In this document: one piece after another, positions 10,201-19,568 of the stretch
How the letters are laid out: each line of letters starts with the position of its first letter
Numbering within the stretch: position 1 is the stretch's first letter
Source: a bacterium
GTDB lineage: Bacteria; Sysuimicrobiota; Sysuimicrobiia; Sysuimicrobiales; Humicultoraceae
DNA: 52,460 nt
Direction of reading: 5' to 3'
NCBI GenBank assembly: GCA_041497675.1
Contig: JBGQGY010000010.1
Span: forward strand, 1-52,460
The notes under the pieces: generated by a model
What the model saw: only the letters and a program-made list of their open reading frames with translations
Databases searched by the model: none
Told to the model about the DNA's origin: nothing
Made by a program: the position numbers and the translations under genes

Positions 10201-10680
10201 CGCTGGGGACGAGTAGACGACGCGGAGCGAGAGCTCCAGACGGCACGGGCGCTCCGTCGCGAGCACGGCGCCAAGTCCGAGGGCACGCTGTTGCTGCGCG
10301 GGCTCGCGGAGGTCGCCATGGCGCGCGGGGATCTGCTGGCCGCATCGGAGTTGGCCGAGCAGGCCTATGCGGCGATCTCGGAGCACAATGAACCCATTGC
10401 AAAGGGATCGCATGGTGCGACGCTGGGGCGAGTGCGCGCCGCGCAAGGCCGGCGCGAGGAAGCGGAGGAACTATTCCGCCAGAGCCTGGAGATCCTGGAG
10501 GCCCGCGAGTATCGCTTCGATCTGGCCCTGACGCTGTTGAAGTACGGCGAGAGCCTGCAGATTCTGCACGATGATGCGCGCGCCCGGCCGGTGCTCGAAC
10601 GCGCCCGAGGGTTGTTCGCCGACATGGGCGCCACGCACTTCGTTCGAGTGGTCGACGGTCGACTGACGACCGGGGTATAA
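7291..10680 (+). CDS. Double zinc ribbon + class III adenylate/guanylate cyclase + STAND/AAA ATPase + TPR protein
   Basis: Four CxxC pairs; SVLFADLVAST, EKFIGDAVM, VNLAARLQ; Walker A GTAGVGKS, Walker B LLVFDDLHW, GNPFF; C-terminal TPR-like helices. Confidence 0.92.
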   Translation: MARELLTVCPRCGKENPTEAQFCMRCGTALHRTCSTCGTSNPPDAQFCLQCGTPLSEATQVERRVLSVLFADLVASTPLTAGLDPERTRTMVGEYFAAMRQEVERHGGVVEKFIGDAVMSVFGLPQAHEDDPERAVRAAMAMQARMPALNTRLTADLHIRIGISTGEVVADPRRVAAGEFMVTGEVVNLAARLQTQAPPDGIVVDERTFVATRPAVQYEPQPATKGGDFADRARWRLTGLAEGPAGTRLRAPLVGREDEMQFLLALYRRVVDGRTPHLVTIIGTAGVGKSRLVDELLEVLRGSPVPPRVLRGRCPAYGEGLTYRPLAQMLRAECGIKDNDPAPVVLEKLRVHVFATCAPLLGTEESEIIVTDLASALGVKTTRHASGAPVMSTLVGDRSAEPQARESRGAADPRSAADALLRSLRAFLMAKARTAPLLLVFDDLHWAEESLLDLLRLLVLRGGEGPILLLCLARPELQERYPEWGAGLRNYTAVGLAPLSADFSRRLMTELLKNEATLADVRDAILSRAEGNPFFIQEILRMLIDGGGLVRDEGGWRWASRRPEIRIPDTIHGILASRLDLISPLEKRAIQDASVAGRVFWLGALVATSELTVAEATAGLARLQERDLIEERPASSVAGEREFAFTHALIREVAYSTVPKAARADKHLKFAGWLERTVGETNDEFVGILASHYEHAWRYRFETGDRAPDLARTAIAVLRRAGERARAMRTFPEARRLSERALAVMQNAGLHDDVATLLELLIDRTEAVKWLSSPAIIEKDTQVVLDRAPALGREDLLARAWLNRAFAEYDRSRLQAAEDALRRALELFEKLNDRRGQAEAFEILGTITEDLRGKLTTAQTAYSHALNLYREMDDGQGVARCMAWYGRTVMDTGNLAEARKWLVDAHEFARTHHERISQAYSATALGLLAHMEGDSEEAIRRFHEAIAIRQELGDRMTEANVRRHLAMHHLRWGRVDDAERELQTARALRREHGAKSEGTLLLRGLAEVAMARGDLLAASELAEQAYAAISEHNEPIAKGSHGATLGRVRAAQGRREEAEELFRQSLEILEAREYRFDLALTLLKYGESLQILHDDARARPVLERARGLFADMGATHFVRVVDGRLTTGV

Positions 10681-10681
10681 T
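10676..10681 (+). promoter_or_regulatory. Putative -10 element (TATAAT) for the acc operon
   Basis: Perfect TATAAT overlapping the cyclase stop codon, 11 nt before the accD ATG, with no SD in between. Confidence 0.55.
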
Positions 10682-10692
10682 GGCCTATTAGC

Positions 10693-11580
10693 ATGCTGAA
10701 CTGGCTGCGCCGTCCGAAGTATGCGTCCATCGAGCGCCGTGACGTCCCCGCCGGGCTGTGGGGGAAGTGTCCCAGGTGCGCGACCGTCGTCTACCACAAA
10801 GATCTCGAACGCAACCTGAAGGTCTGCCCGACGTGCGGCTTTCACCACCGGCTCACCGCCGAGCAACGACTGGGCATTACGGTCGACGACGGTTCCTTTG
10901 AGGAGACCGACGCGGGTTTGACGTCCAGCGATCCCCTGCACTTCGACGGCTACAGGGAGAAGCTCGACGAGGCGCGCGAGAAGACCGGGAACCCGGAAGC
11001 CGTGATCACCGGCACCGGCGCCATTGACGGGCACCGGTGCGCGCTCGGCGCGCTCGACTTCTTCTTCATGGGTGGATCGATGGGCTCGGTCGTCGGCGAG
11101 AAGGTGACGCGGATCGCCGAGCGCGCGCTCGACCTGCACCTGCCGCTCATCATCTTCTCGGCCTCAGGCGGCGCCCGCATGCAAGAGGGCGCGTTGTCGC
11201 TGATGCAGCTGGCCAAGACCAGCGCCGCCATCGCCGCTATGCAGGACGCGAGGCTCGTGTTTGTCTCCGTCATGTGCGATCCAACGACCGGTGGCGTCAC
11301 CGCGAGTTTCGCCTTTCAGGGTGACGTCATCATCGCGGAACCTGGTGCGATGATCGGCTTTGCGGGCCGGCGTGTCATCGAACAAACGATCCGGCGCAAG
11401 CTCCCCGACAACTTCCAGACCGCCGAGTTCTGTCTCGAGCACGGACTGATCGACCTGGTCGTGCCGCGACCGGAGATGCGATCGACCCTGGGGCGCCTGC
11501 TGCGGTTCTTCGGGGCGCCGCGCGCGCCGGTGGTCGAGCCGGCCCTGACCTCGGCCCAGGCACCGCCGGAGACGCGATAA
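10693..11580 (+). CDS. accD: Acetyl-CoA carboxylase carboxyltransferase beta subunit
   Basis: LWGKCPRC...VCPTC zinc finger, FMGGSMGSVVGEK, SGGARMQEG, PTTGGVTASF, IGFAGRRVIEQT. Confidence 0.97.
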   Translation: MLNWLRRPKYASIERRDVPAGLWGKCPRCATVVYHKDLERNLKVCPTCGFHHRLTAEQRLGITVDDGSFEETDAGLTSSDPLHFDGYREKLDEAREKTGNPEAVITGTGAIDGHRCALGALDFFFMGGSMGSVVGEKVTRIAERALDLHLPLIIFSASGGARMQEGALSLMQLAKTSAAIAAMQDARLVFVSVMCDPTTGGVTASFAFQGDVIIAEPGAMIGFAGRRVIEQTIRRKLPDNFQTAEFCLEHGLIDLVVPRPEMRSTLGRLLRFFGAPRAPVVEPALTSAQAPPETR

Positions 11581-11584
11581 ACCA

Positions 11585-12580
11585 ATGCCGGCCATCCTCC
11601 CCGACCGCAACCGTGAGGCCGAGGCGCGCGCGGAGGCTCTCGAGGCGCAGATGGCCGACATCCAGCGCGAACTCGAGTCGCACCGGCGGCGCGCGGAAAA
11701 GAACGCGCCCGGAGAGGCCGGGGTCGTGCGCGCGCTCGAAGCCCGCGCCGAGGAACTGCGCGAAGCCTTGCTCGACGTGCCCGTCGCGTGGCACTCCGTC
11801 TCGCTCGCCCGGCATCCTCAACGGCCCAAAGCCCAAGACTTCATCCAGGCGCTGCTCACCGACTTCACCGAACTGCACGGCGACCGTCTGTTCCGCGACG
11901 ATCCGGCGCTGGTTGCGGGCATCGGCTGGTTCGAGGGGCGCCCGGTCGCCGCGTTGGGACCCCACAAGGGGAAGGACACACGCGAGAATCTGGCCCACAA
12001 CTTTGGGATGCCGTATCCAGAGGGCTATCGCAAAGCGCTGCGCGTGATGAAACTGGCCGAGAAGTTCGGCTACCCGGTGATCAGTTTCGTCGACACCCCC
12101 GCGGCCTATCCCGGCGACGCGGCCGAGGAGCGCGGCCAAGCGGAGGCGATTGCCCGCAACATTTCCGAGATGACCCGGCTGCGTGTGCCGGTACTCGTCG
12201 TGATCACGGGTGAGGGCGGCAGCGGCGGCGCGCTGGCGATCGCGGTCGGCGATACGGTCCTCATGCTCGAACAGGCCATCTACACGGTCATCCCGCCGGA
12301 GGGCTGCGCCGCAATCCTGTGGCGCGACGCGACACGGGCACGCGAGGCCGCGTCCGCACTTCGGCTCGTCGCTGCCGACCTGCACGCGCTCGGCATCGTC
12401 GATGAGGTCATCCCCGAACCGCGAGGCGGCGCGCACCTCGATGCCCCGGCGGTGTTCGAAGCCGTGCGGGGAGCCCTGCGTCGCCACCTGTCGGCGGCCA
12501 CGGCCATTCCCATCGACGAGTTGTTGCGCCGCCGGTACGACAAGTACCGGCGCATCGGCCAGTATGAGGAGCCCGCATGA
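11585..12580 (+). CDS. accA: Acetyl-CoA carboxylase carboxyltransferase alpha subunit
   Basis: ARHPQRP, ELHGDR, NFGMPYPEGYRKALR, AEERGQAEAIA, GEGGSGGALA, PEGCAAILW. Confidence 0.97.
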   Translation: MPAILPDRNREAEARAEALEAQMADIQRELESHRRRAEKNAPGEAGVVRALEARAEELREALLDVPVAWHSVSLARHPQRPKAQDFIQALLTDFTELHGDRLFRDDPALVAGIGWFEGRPVAALGPHKGKDTRENLAHNFGMPYPEGYRKALRVMKLAEKFGYPVISFVDTPAAYPGDAAEERGQAEAIARNISEMTRLRVPVLVVITGEGGSGGALAIAVGDTVLMLEQAIYTVIPPEGCAAILWRDATRAREAASALRLVAADLHALGIVDEVIPEPRGGAHLDAPAVFEAVRGALRRHLSAATAIPIDELLRRRYDKYRRIGQYEEPA

Positions 12581-13050
12581 CCGATCGCATCGACTTTGAA
12601 CAGGTCCGCGAAGTGGTGCGCATCGCCACCGAATCCGACGTCACCGAACTCGAAGTCGAGACCCCCTCCCTGAAGATCAAAGTGCGCAGAGCGGGCAACG
12701 CGATGGCCCACGCGACACCACCGGCCGGCGCCGGGGCCGCCGCGTCACGGCCGGGCCAACCGGTTGCTGTGGGAACGACCACGCCGCCGCACGATGATCA
12801 CATGGCCCCGATCGTGGCGCCCATGGTCGGCACGTTCTACCGCGCCGCCTCGCCAGACGCCCCACCCTTCATCAAAGAAGGCGACGCGGTCGACGAGGGG
12901 CAGGTCGTCTGCATCATCGAGGCGATGAAGTTATTCAACGAGATCCAGGCCGAGGTCCGCGGCCGGATCGCCCGGGTCCTCGTCGACAACGCCTCCCCCG
13001 TCGAGTACGGACAGCCGCTTTTCGTGGTCGACACCGCCCCGCGCGCCTGA
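12577..13050 (+). CDS. accB: Biotin carboxyl carrier protein
   Basis: APMVGTFYR, biotinylation motif EAMKLFNEI, VEYGQPLF, Ala/Pro linker. Confidence 0.97.
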   Translation: MTDRIDFEQVREVVRIATESDVTELEVETPSLKIKVRRAGNAMAHATPPAGAGAAASRPGQPVAVGTTTPPHDDHMAPIVAPMVGTFYRAASPDAPPFIKEGDAVDEGQVVCIIEAMKLFNEIQAEVRGRIARVLVDNASPVEYGQPLFVVDTAPRA

Positions 13051-13063
13051 CGCGTCAACCCGG

Positions 13064-14416
13064 ATGTTTCGCAAGGTGCTCGTCGCCAACCGCGGAGAGA
13101 TTGCCGTCCGTGTGATCCGCGCGTGCCGTGAACTCGGCATCCGCACGGTCGCGGTGTACTCCGAAGCCGACCGGTCGTCGCTGCACGTGAAGATCGCAGA
13201 TGAAGCGTTTTGCATCGGCCCCGCCCCGAGTGCGGAATCATACCTCAAAATCCCCAACATCATGAGCACGGCCGAACTGCTCGGTGTCGACGCGATCCAT
13301 CCGGGCTACGGGTTTTTGGCGGAAAATCCGCGATTCGCGGAGATCGTGCGCGACCACGAGATCGCGTTCATCGGTCCCCCCGCCCGCGCGATCGAGTCGA
13401 TGGGCGACAAGGTCGTTGCGCGCGAGACGATGCAGAAAGCCGGCGTGCCGGTCGTGCCCGGGAGCAACGGTCCGGTGGCCGACGAGCGCGAGGCGCTGGC
13501 GACGGCCAGGACCGTCGGCTACCCGCTGATCATCAAGGCCGCCGCGGGCGGCGGCGGCCGGGGCATGCGCACCGTCCATACCCCGCAGGACCTGCCCGCG
13601 GGCCTGCGCGCAGCGCAGGCAGAAGCCGAAGCGGCTTTCGGCGACGGCCGCGTGTACATCGAAAAGTACATCGAAGAACCGCGGCACGTCGAAGTGCAGG
13701 TCCTGGCCGACACGCACGGCACGGTGCTCCACCTGGGCGCGCGTGACTGCTCGATCCAGCGGCGGCACCAAAAGCTCATCGAGGAGTCCCCGCCGCCGCG
13801 TCTCCGCGAGCGCACGCTGGCCGGGCTCACCCGAGCCACGGTCCGGGCGGCCCAGGCGATCAGTTATGCCAACGCCGGCACCGTCGAGTTTCTGGTGGAC
13901 GCGTTCGAGAACTATTACTTCATGGAGATGAACACGCGGATTCAGGTCGAGCACCCGGTCACCGAGGTGGTCACCGGTCTCGACCTGGTCAAAGAACAGA
14001 TCCGGATCGCCGCCGGCGAACGGCTCGGTATCGGTCAGCGCGACGTCGAGCTTCGCGGGCACGGGCTGGAATGCCGCGTCAACGCGGAGGACCCACGCCA
14101 CGACTTCCGGCCCTCGGCCGGGCTTATTTCCACGTTCAATCCGCCCGGTGGGCCCGGCATCCGCGTCGACACCCACTGCTTTCCCGGGTACACGATCCCG
14201 CCGCACTACGACTCGCTGGTCGCCAAGGTGATCACCTGGGGCCGCGACCGCGAGGAGGCCATCGCCCGCATGCGGCGCGCCCTGACCGAGTTCGAGATCG
14301 GCGGCATCGAGACGACGATCCCCTTCCACTTGAAAGTACTCGACAATGCCTTCTTCCGCCGCGGGGAAGTCTACACGAACTTCATCCAACGACGCATCGA
14401 CCCTTCGACCCTTTAG
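13064..14416 (+). CDS. accC: Biotin carboxylase
   Basis: ANRGEIAVR, HPGYGFLAEN, GGGGRGMR, RDCSIQRRHQK, EMNTRIQVEHPVTE, YDSLVAK. Confidence 0.97.
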   Translation: MFRKVLVANRGEIAVRVIRACRELGIRTVAVYSEADRSSLHVKIADEAFCIGPAPSAESYLKIPNIMSTAELLGVDAIHPGYGFLAENPRFAEIVRDHEIAFIGPPARAIESMGDKVVARETMQKAGVPVVPGSNGPVADEREALATARTVGYPLIIKAAAGGGGRGMRTVHTPQDLPAGLRAAQAEAEAAFGDGRVYIEKYIEEPRHVEVQVLADTHGTVLHLGARDCSIQRRHQKLIEESPPPRLRERTLAGLTRATVRAAQAISYANAGTVEFLVDAFENYYFMEMNTRIQVEHPVTEVVTGLDLVKEQIRIAAGERLGIGQRDVELRGHGLECRVNAEDPRHDFRPSAGLISTFNPPGGPGIRVDTHCFPGYTIPPHYDSLVAKVITWGRDREEAIARMRRALTEFEIGGIETTIPFHLKVLDNAFFRRGEVYTNFIQRRIDPSTL

Positions 14417-14479
14417 GCACAAGGAAGCGAACCCCGCGGGGCAGAAGTACGCTCCGCGCATGTTCGAGGAGGTGCAAAG

Positions 14480-15367
14480 ATGACCGGGGTTACATTCAGT
14501 TACGGGCTCGCGTTTGTCCTGGTGGCGATCTGGCTGCTCTACGCGGGCGTCAAGATCGTCCGAGAGTACCAGCGACTGGTCGTGTTCCGGCTCGGGAACA
14601 GCATCGGCCAGAAGGGCCCGGGCGTCGTCTACCTGGTCCCCATCATCGACCGCGCCGTGTGGGTAGATCTACGCGAAGTGTTCCTCGAAATACCGTCGCA
14701 AACGTGTATCACCCGTGACAACGCGCCGATCAACATCGATTTCCTGATCTACTGGAAGGTCATGGACCCGGCCCTGACCGTCATTAAGGTCGGCGACTTC
14801 GCCGGCGCGGCCCGCGGCATCGCCACCACGACCCTGCGCGCCGTCATTGGCGACATCAGCCTGGACGATGTGCTCGCTCGGCGCGAGCAGATCAACAGCG
14901 TGCTGCGCACCAAACTCGACGAGGTCACGGAGCGGTGGGGCGTCAAGGTCACCACCGTCGAGATCCGCGAGATCCTCCCGCCCAAGGACGTGCAGGAAGC
15001 CATGACGCGCCAGATGTCGGCGGAGCGCACGCGCCGCGCGGTCGTCACCGAGGCCGACGGCAAGAAGCAGGCCACGATCACTGTCGCCGAGGGCGACAAG
15101 CAGTCGTCCATTCTGCGGGCCGAAGGCGAGCGGCAGGCCGCGGTCCTGCGTGCCGAGGGCTTCTCGCTCGCGCTCGATACGATCTTCAGGATTGCCAAGA
15201 CGATCGACAGCAAGACGATGGCGCTGCAGTATCTCGAGACGCTCAAAGCGCTCGGCGCCGGCCCGGCGACCAAGTTCATTTTCCCGATGGAGTTCACGCG
15301 GCTGATGGGCCCGCTGGGTGACATGGTGGGGAAGGCCGCAGGGGACGGCGACGGCGGTAAGACCTAG
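14480..15367 (+). CDS. SPFH/band 7 (stomatin-like, QmcA-type) membrane protein
   Basis: N-terminal TM, VVFRLG, ITRDNA, TTLRAVIG, WGVKVTTVEI, QMSAERTRRA; GAGGAGG SD. Confidence 0.92.
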   Translation: MTGVTFSYGLAFVLVAIWLLYAGVKIVREYQRLVVFRLGNSIGQKGPGVVYLVPIIDRAVWVDLREVFLEIPSQTCITRDNAPINIDFLIYWKVMDPALTVIKVGDFAGAARGIATTTLRAVIGDISLDDVLARREQINSVLRTKLDEVTERWGVKVTTVEIREILPPKDVQEAMTRQMSAERTRRAVVTEADGKKQATITVAEGDKQSSILRAEGERQAAVLRAEGFSLALDTIFRIAKTIDSKTMALQYLETLKALGAGPATKFIFPMEFTRLMGPLGDMVGKAAGDGDGGKT

Positions 15368-16148
15368 CGCACCGGCGCGCACGCCGGCCGGTTCGCCCGC
15401 CGCGGCGATCGGCCGGCGTTTCTCCGACGGGCTGGTGTCGGCCGCGGCGCTTGTCGCGCTGGGAGTGTTTCGGCTGGTCGACAGCACTCTCGACGTCCGT
15501 ATCTACGGCAACGAGTTTCTGGCGGAGGCCCGTCGCAGCGGCCGGCGGCTGCTCTTTGTCGTCTGGCACGGCAAGGGTCTGGTCCCGGTGTTGTTCTTTC
15601 AAGGGGCGCCGCTGGTGATCTATACGAGCCAGCCGCGCGACCCGTCGTGGGGCGGTTTCCCGAAGCATGTGCGGCGTTTCACGCTGGCGGCGCTCCGGCA
15701 CATGGGCTACCGTGTGCTCGACGCCGCCCAGTTTGCCAGCGAGTCGCGCGGCGTCATCCGCTTCCTGCAGATGCTCGAGTCCGGCGCCGGCGGCATCATC
15801 GCGGCGGACGGACCGCTCGGTCCTTCGTATCGCGCGAAACCGGGCGCCGCCTTTGTCGCCAAGCGCGCCGGCGTGGCGCTCGTCCCCGTGGGCGCCTCGC
15901 TACGCGACGCCCTGATCATGGATTCCTGGGATCACTTCGAGATCCCGCGGCCGTTCTCAGGCGCGGTGCTGACCATCGGCGAGATGATCACGGTGCCGGA
16001 AAAAGCCACCGACGAGGACCTCGCGACCCTCTCGAAACGCCTCGAGGAAACCCTCAACGACCTGACGACGCGCGCCGACCTCGAAGCCTTTGCCGAGGCG
16101 CGTGGCCCGCGGCGCCCGACCGAAGGTGCGCCGGCGGGCGGCGTCTAA
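15318..16148 (+). CDS. DUF374 / lysophospholipid acyltransferase-like protein (start uncertain)
   Basis: FVVWHG, AADGPLGP, KPGAAFVAK, SWDHFEIPRPFS match the DUF374 pattern (WH...DGPxGP...WD.F.IP.PF). Confidence 0.75.
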   Translation: MTWWGRPQGTATAVRPSAPARTPAGSPAAAIGRRFSDGLVSAAALVALGVFRLVDSTLDVRIYGNEFLAEARRSGRRLLFVVWHGKGLVPVLFFQGAPLVIYTSQPRDPSWGGFPKHVRRFTLAALRHMGYRVLDAAQFASESRGVIRFLQMLESGAGGIIAADGPLGPSYRAKPGAAFVAKRAGVALVPVGASLRDALIMDSWDHFEIPRPFSGAVLTIGEMITVPEKATDEDLATLSKRLEETLNDLTTRADLEAFAEARGPRRPTEGAPAGGV

Positions 16149-17521
16149 GCCCCGGCGAACGCGTACAGGAAGGACGCGACCGACTTCTCGAACAACCGCA
16201 TCCCCGCCAGCGTCGCGTATTCGTTCGGACTGTGCGGCCGGCCGCCGTGGCCCAGACCACCCATCACGAACGGCTGGTTCAAGACTCGTCTGAACAGATA
16301 AAAAGGCGCCGACCCCGCCAGGTGCGGCCAGATCTCGGGTTCGTGACCCAACTCGCGGAACGTTTTGACGAGCGCCTGCACGGCCGGCTCGCGCACGCTG
16401 GTCTTCGCCGGCGGGTAGCCATCGTAGAAATGCACCTGTAAGTCCTCGCGCCCAATCTTCTTGAGATGGGCCGCGATGCGCTCGCGCACGCGCGCGGGCT
16501 CCATACTCGGCACCATGCGCACGTCCATCTTGACCCGCACCTCGTGCGGCAGGAGGGTCTTCATCCCCGGCCCCGTGTACCCGCCCCAGATGCCGTCGAT
16601 GTTGAGCGTCGGGTCGAAGAGATAGTGCCGCAAGAGGTCGACGCCCTGCTCGTTGTGCTTGAAGCGCCCTGCATCCCAGTTCCACAACTCATTGGCCGCG
16701 TCGAAGGTCTTGGCGAGCGCGCGAAGCAGCTCTTCATCTTCGGCGCTGGGCGGTGCCACGTCGTTGTAGAACCCGTCGATCAGGATCCTCTCGTTCTCGT
16801 CCATCATCGTGCCGAGCGCCTTGAGCAAACGCCAGGCCGGGCTCCCCACCCAGACGGCGTTGCTCCCGTGCACACCCCGGGTGCGCGGGCCGCCCCAGGT
16901 CCCACCGCGGCACGAGACCTCGAAGTACTGGATGCCCTTGACGCCCAACCATAGGTGCGGCTTGCCGTGCCGGTCCTGACAGTAGAAGGGAAAGTAGGTG
17001 GCGTCGGCGCCGAGGCGATCTTTGTGCTTCTCGATGAACCCGGGGAGGTTGGGGCTGCTGAGTTCTTCCTCGCCCTCCACGACGAACTTGAAGTTGACGG
17101 GCAGGCGTCCCTTGACGCGACGGATGGTTTCGACCACGTTGAAAAATCCTGCCAGCGGGCCCTTGGTGTTGTACACACCGCGGGCGACGACGCTGGACCC
17201 GAAATCAGGCAGGTCGACCACCTGCCCTTCGAACGGCGGCGCGAGCCAGTCCTCCCCCTCCACCGGCTGCACGTCATACATCCCGTAGATCAATAACGTC
17301 TTCGGCGCTCCCGCATCGATCGTGCCGTGAACGACCGGCCAGCCGGGCGTGGGCACCACCTCGGCGTTGCCGCCAAGTTCACGGATGCTGCCGGCGACCA
17401 TCCCCGCCATTTCGGCCATACCCTTGCCTTCGCCGCTGATGCTGGGCTGGCGGACATAGGCGCGCACACGATCCAGGTGCGCATCAAAGTGACTATCGAG
17501 GTGCGCAAGCACGTCATTCAT
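16145..17521 (-). CDS. M20/ArgE-DapE family metallopeptidase
   Basis: YGMYDVQP, ARGVYNTKG, EGEEE, VHGS, HSPNE. Confidence 0.88.
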   Translation of the reverse strand: MNDVLAHLDSHFDAHLDRVRAYVRQPSISGEGKGMAEMAGMVAGSIRELGGNAEVVPTPGWPVVHGTIDAGAPKTLLIYGMYDVQPVEGEDWLAPPFEGQVVDLPDFGSSVVARGVYNTKGPLAGFFNVVETIRRVKGRLPVNFKFVVEGEEELSSPNLPGFIEKHKDRLGADATYFPFYCQDRHGKPHLWLGVKGIQYFEVSCRGGTWGGPRTRGVHGSNAVWVGSPAWRLLKALGTMMDENERILIDGFYNDVAPPSAEDEELLRALAKTFDAANELWNWDAGRFKHNEQGVDLLRHYLFDPTLNIDGIWGGYTGPGMKTLLPHEVRVKMDVRMVPSMEPARVRERIAAHLKKIGREDLQVHFYDGYPPAKTSVREPAVQALVKTFRELGHEPEIWPHLAGSAPFYLFRRVLNQPFVMGGLGHGGRPHSPNEYATLAGMRLFEKSVASFLYAFAGA

Positions 17522-18701
17522 CGTGAGGGTTCCTCCGTGGGCTCCGGGCCAGGCGGCGCATCAACTGGTCGACGGCCTGCTCCCATGTGTAGCCCTTGAC
17601 CCGCTGCTGGGCCGCTCGGCCGATCCTGCGCGCCATAGACGGATCGGCCACAAGCGATCGGACCGCCTGGGCCAGCGCGCCGGTGCTGCCGGGAGGGACC
17701 AGCAGGATTTCCTCTCCGTCCGTGAACAGGTCCCGGATGTTGGGCAGATCGGGAGCGATGATCGGCCGTGCCATCGCGGCGTACTCCGACAGCTTCATCG
17801 GCGCGCCGGTGGGCAGGGTTGCGGGCAGGATCGCGATGTCGAACTCGCCGATCGCACGCACCGCATCGTCGTGGGAGAGTGCGCCACGCCACTCCACCGC
17901 GCCTTCCACGCCGAGGGAACGGGCGCGCCCTTTGAGCGCGTCCTCCTCTGGGCCGCGCCCCACGATCACGAGCCGCGGGTTCCCGCCGGCCGGCCGCCCC
18001 TCGCGCAGGATACGAAGAGCGTCCAACAGCAGGTCAACGCCGTGCCACCGTGACAGGCTCCCCACGAATCCCAGCGTGCACTGTCCGGCGTCCGCCACGG
18101 CGTCCGCCAGCGGAGGATGGGTGTCCGCCATCTCGAGCCCCATGCGCAGATGTCTCTCGCCGATTCCGTTCCGCACGATCTCGATCCGATCGGCGGGAAG
18201 TCCAAGACCCACGTAGTAGTCCGCAACGGCCCGCGAGGGGGTCGCGATCACGTCCGCGGCTCGCCCGAGCACCCTCATGGCCCGCGCGTGCGGCGCGCGC
18301 CAATACCCCTCGCCCCGAAACGCGCGCTCAACCTCCACGTGCGCGTCGAGATACAGGATCAGGGGAACCCGTAGGCGCCGCGCGAGGTACGCGGCTCCCG
18401 CGTCGTAGACCGACGCGCGGTGGAAGATCGCGTCGACTCCCTGCCGACCGGCGACCCTGGAGGCGCGCCATGTGGCCCGCGCGTCGAAACCAAATTCGAG
18501 CAGATCCCGCACCCACCAGGGAAGCCGGCGGATCAGGTTCTTGACACGCCCGCCCACGGTATCGAAGGTGTAGGGCGCGATGGGATAGGCGCCAACCAGG
18601 GACACATCGTGTCCCCCACTGCGGATGGCCTCGGCCAACGCAAGCAGTTGAACCGCGTCGCCTCCGCGACCGATGGTCACGTAAGTCAACAGGATCCGCA
18701 T
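17514..18701 (-). CDS. GT4 (GT-B) glycosyltransferase
   Basis: MRILLTY start, IVRNG, GFVGSLSRWHGVD, PMKLSEYAAMARPII; start refined to ATG 18701. Confidence 0.85.
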   Translation of the reverse strand: MRILLTYVTIGRGGDAVQLLALAEAIRSGGHDVSLVGAYPIAPYTFDTVGGRVKNLIRRLPWWVRDLLEFGFDARATWRASRVAGRQGVDAIFHRASVYDAGAAYLARRLRVPLILYLDAHVEVERAFRGEGYWRAPHARAMRVLGRAADVIATPSRAVADYYVGLGLPADRIEIVRNGIGERHLRMGLEMADTHPPLADAVADAGQCTLGFVGSLSRWHGVDLLLDALRILREGRPAGGNPRLVIVGRGPEEDALKGRARSLGVEGAVEWRGALSHDDAVRAIGEFDIAILPATLPTGAPMKLSEYAAMARPIIAPDLPNIRDLFTDGEEILLVPPGSTGALAQAVRSLVADPSMARRIGRAAQQRVKGYTWEQAVDQLMRRLARSPRRNPHDE

Positions 18702-18830
18702 CGGTCCTATGAGTGCGGGGCTCCGGCCGAAACTCCTCCCCTGACAGGGACCGTGCGCGCGACGGCAGAATGCTCCACTACCGGCGGGACTCAGACAAAG
18801 ACCTGGCTCGGGAAACGGTGGAGTATCGGT

Positions 18831-19568
18831 GTGACCTTCAGCAGCGAGCGTCTGCGACGTCTGGCACAGCTCGAAGGCTGGCATTTCTGGTTCGCCGGCC
18901 GGCGGGCGTTGATCCAGCGGCTGCTCGACCGACACCTCGCCGGGAGCGACCAGATGGCCCTCGACGTGGGCTGCGGGACCGGGGGGATGCTCAAGACGCT
19001 GGGGCCGCGATTCCGCCGAGTCGTCGGGATCGACCTGCACGCTGAAGGACTGCATAACGCCCGGCGAGAAAGTCCGGACGCGATCCTGATGAGAGCGAAT
19101 GCGACGCGACTTCCGGTCGCCGACAACGTGTTCGGCGCTGTGCTCCTGCTGGACGTCCTCGAACACGTGGACGATCATGCGGCGCTCGCCGAGGTCCATC
19201 GGGTGCTGCGGCCCGACGGCGTCGCCATCATCACCGTCCCGGCCGTCCGGTGGCTGTGGAGCTATCGGGACGAGGCCGCCGGGCATCTGCGGCGCTACGG
19301 ACGCCGGCAGCTCGTGGAGGCGATCACGGGTGCCCGGCTTGCGGTTCTGGCCGTGCAGTACTATCAATGTCTGCTCTTCCCGTTCGTGGCGGTCACCCGT
19401 GTGCTGGGACGCGGCGGCCCGTACCTGCGCGACCTCGAGGATCGTCCGTCGCAGACTCTGAGCCGCTTGTTGGCGTGGGTGAACCTGACGGAAGTGCGGC
19501 TCGGTGCGGTGATCCCCTGGCCATGGGGATCGTCGCTGGTCGCCGTGTGCCGGAAGGCTGCCGCGTGA
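18831..19568 (+). CDS. Class I SAM-dependent methyltransferase
   Basis: EGWHFWFAGRR, LDVGCGTG, LLDVLEHV, ITVPA, HLRRY; GGAG before GTG 18831. Confidence 0.88.
   Translation: MTFSSERLRRLAQLEGWHFWFAGRRALIQRLLDRHLAGSDQMALDVGCGTGGMLKTLGPRFRRVVGIDLHAEGLHNARRESPDAILMRANATRLPVADNVFGAVLLLDVLEHVDDHAALAEVHRVLRPDGVAIITVPAVRWLWSYRDEAAGHLRRYGRRQLVEAITGARLAVLAVQYYQCLLFPFVAVTRVLGRGGPYLRDLEDRPSQTLSRLLAWVNLTEVRLGAVIPWPWGSSLVAVCRKAAA

Noticed and set aside
7291..10680. Cyclase-STAND protein as an anti-phage (Avs/Pycsar-like) system
   Set aside because: Host-like composition, housekeeping context and no adjacent effector gene; it fits the widespread signalling family.
14431..14441. CCCCGCGGGG palindrome between accC and the SPFH gene as a terminator or riboswitch
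   Set aside because: Too short, with no loop or U-tract, and common in GC-rich DNA.
13238..14461. 407-aa minus strand ORF
   Set aside because: Antisense shadow of accC.
18702..19367. Apparent 222-aa N-terminal extension of the GT4 (617-aa ORF)
   Set aside because: It is the antisense of the methyltransferase gene; the GT-B fold starts at MRILLTY (18701).
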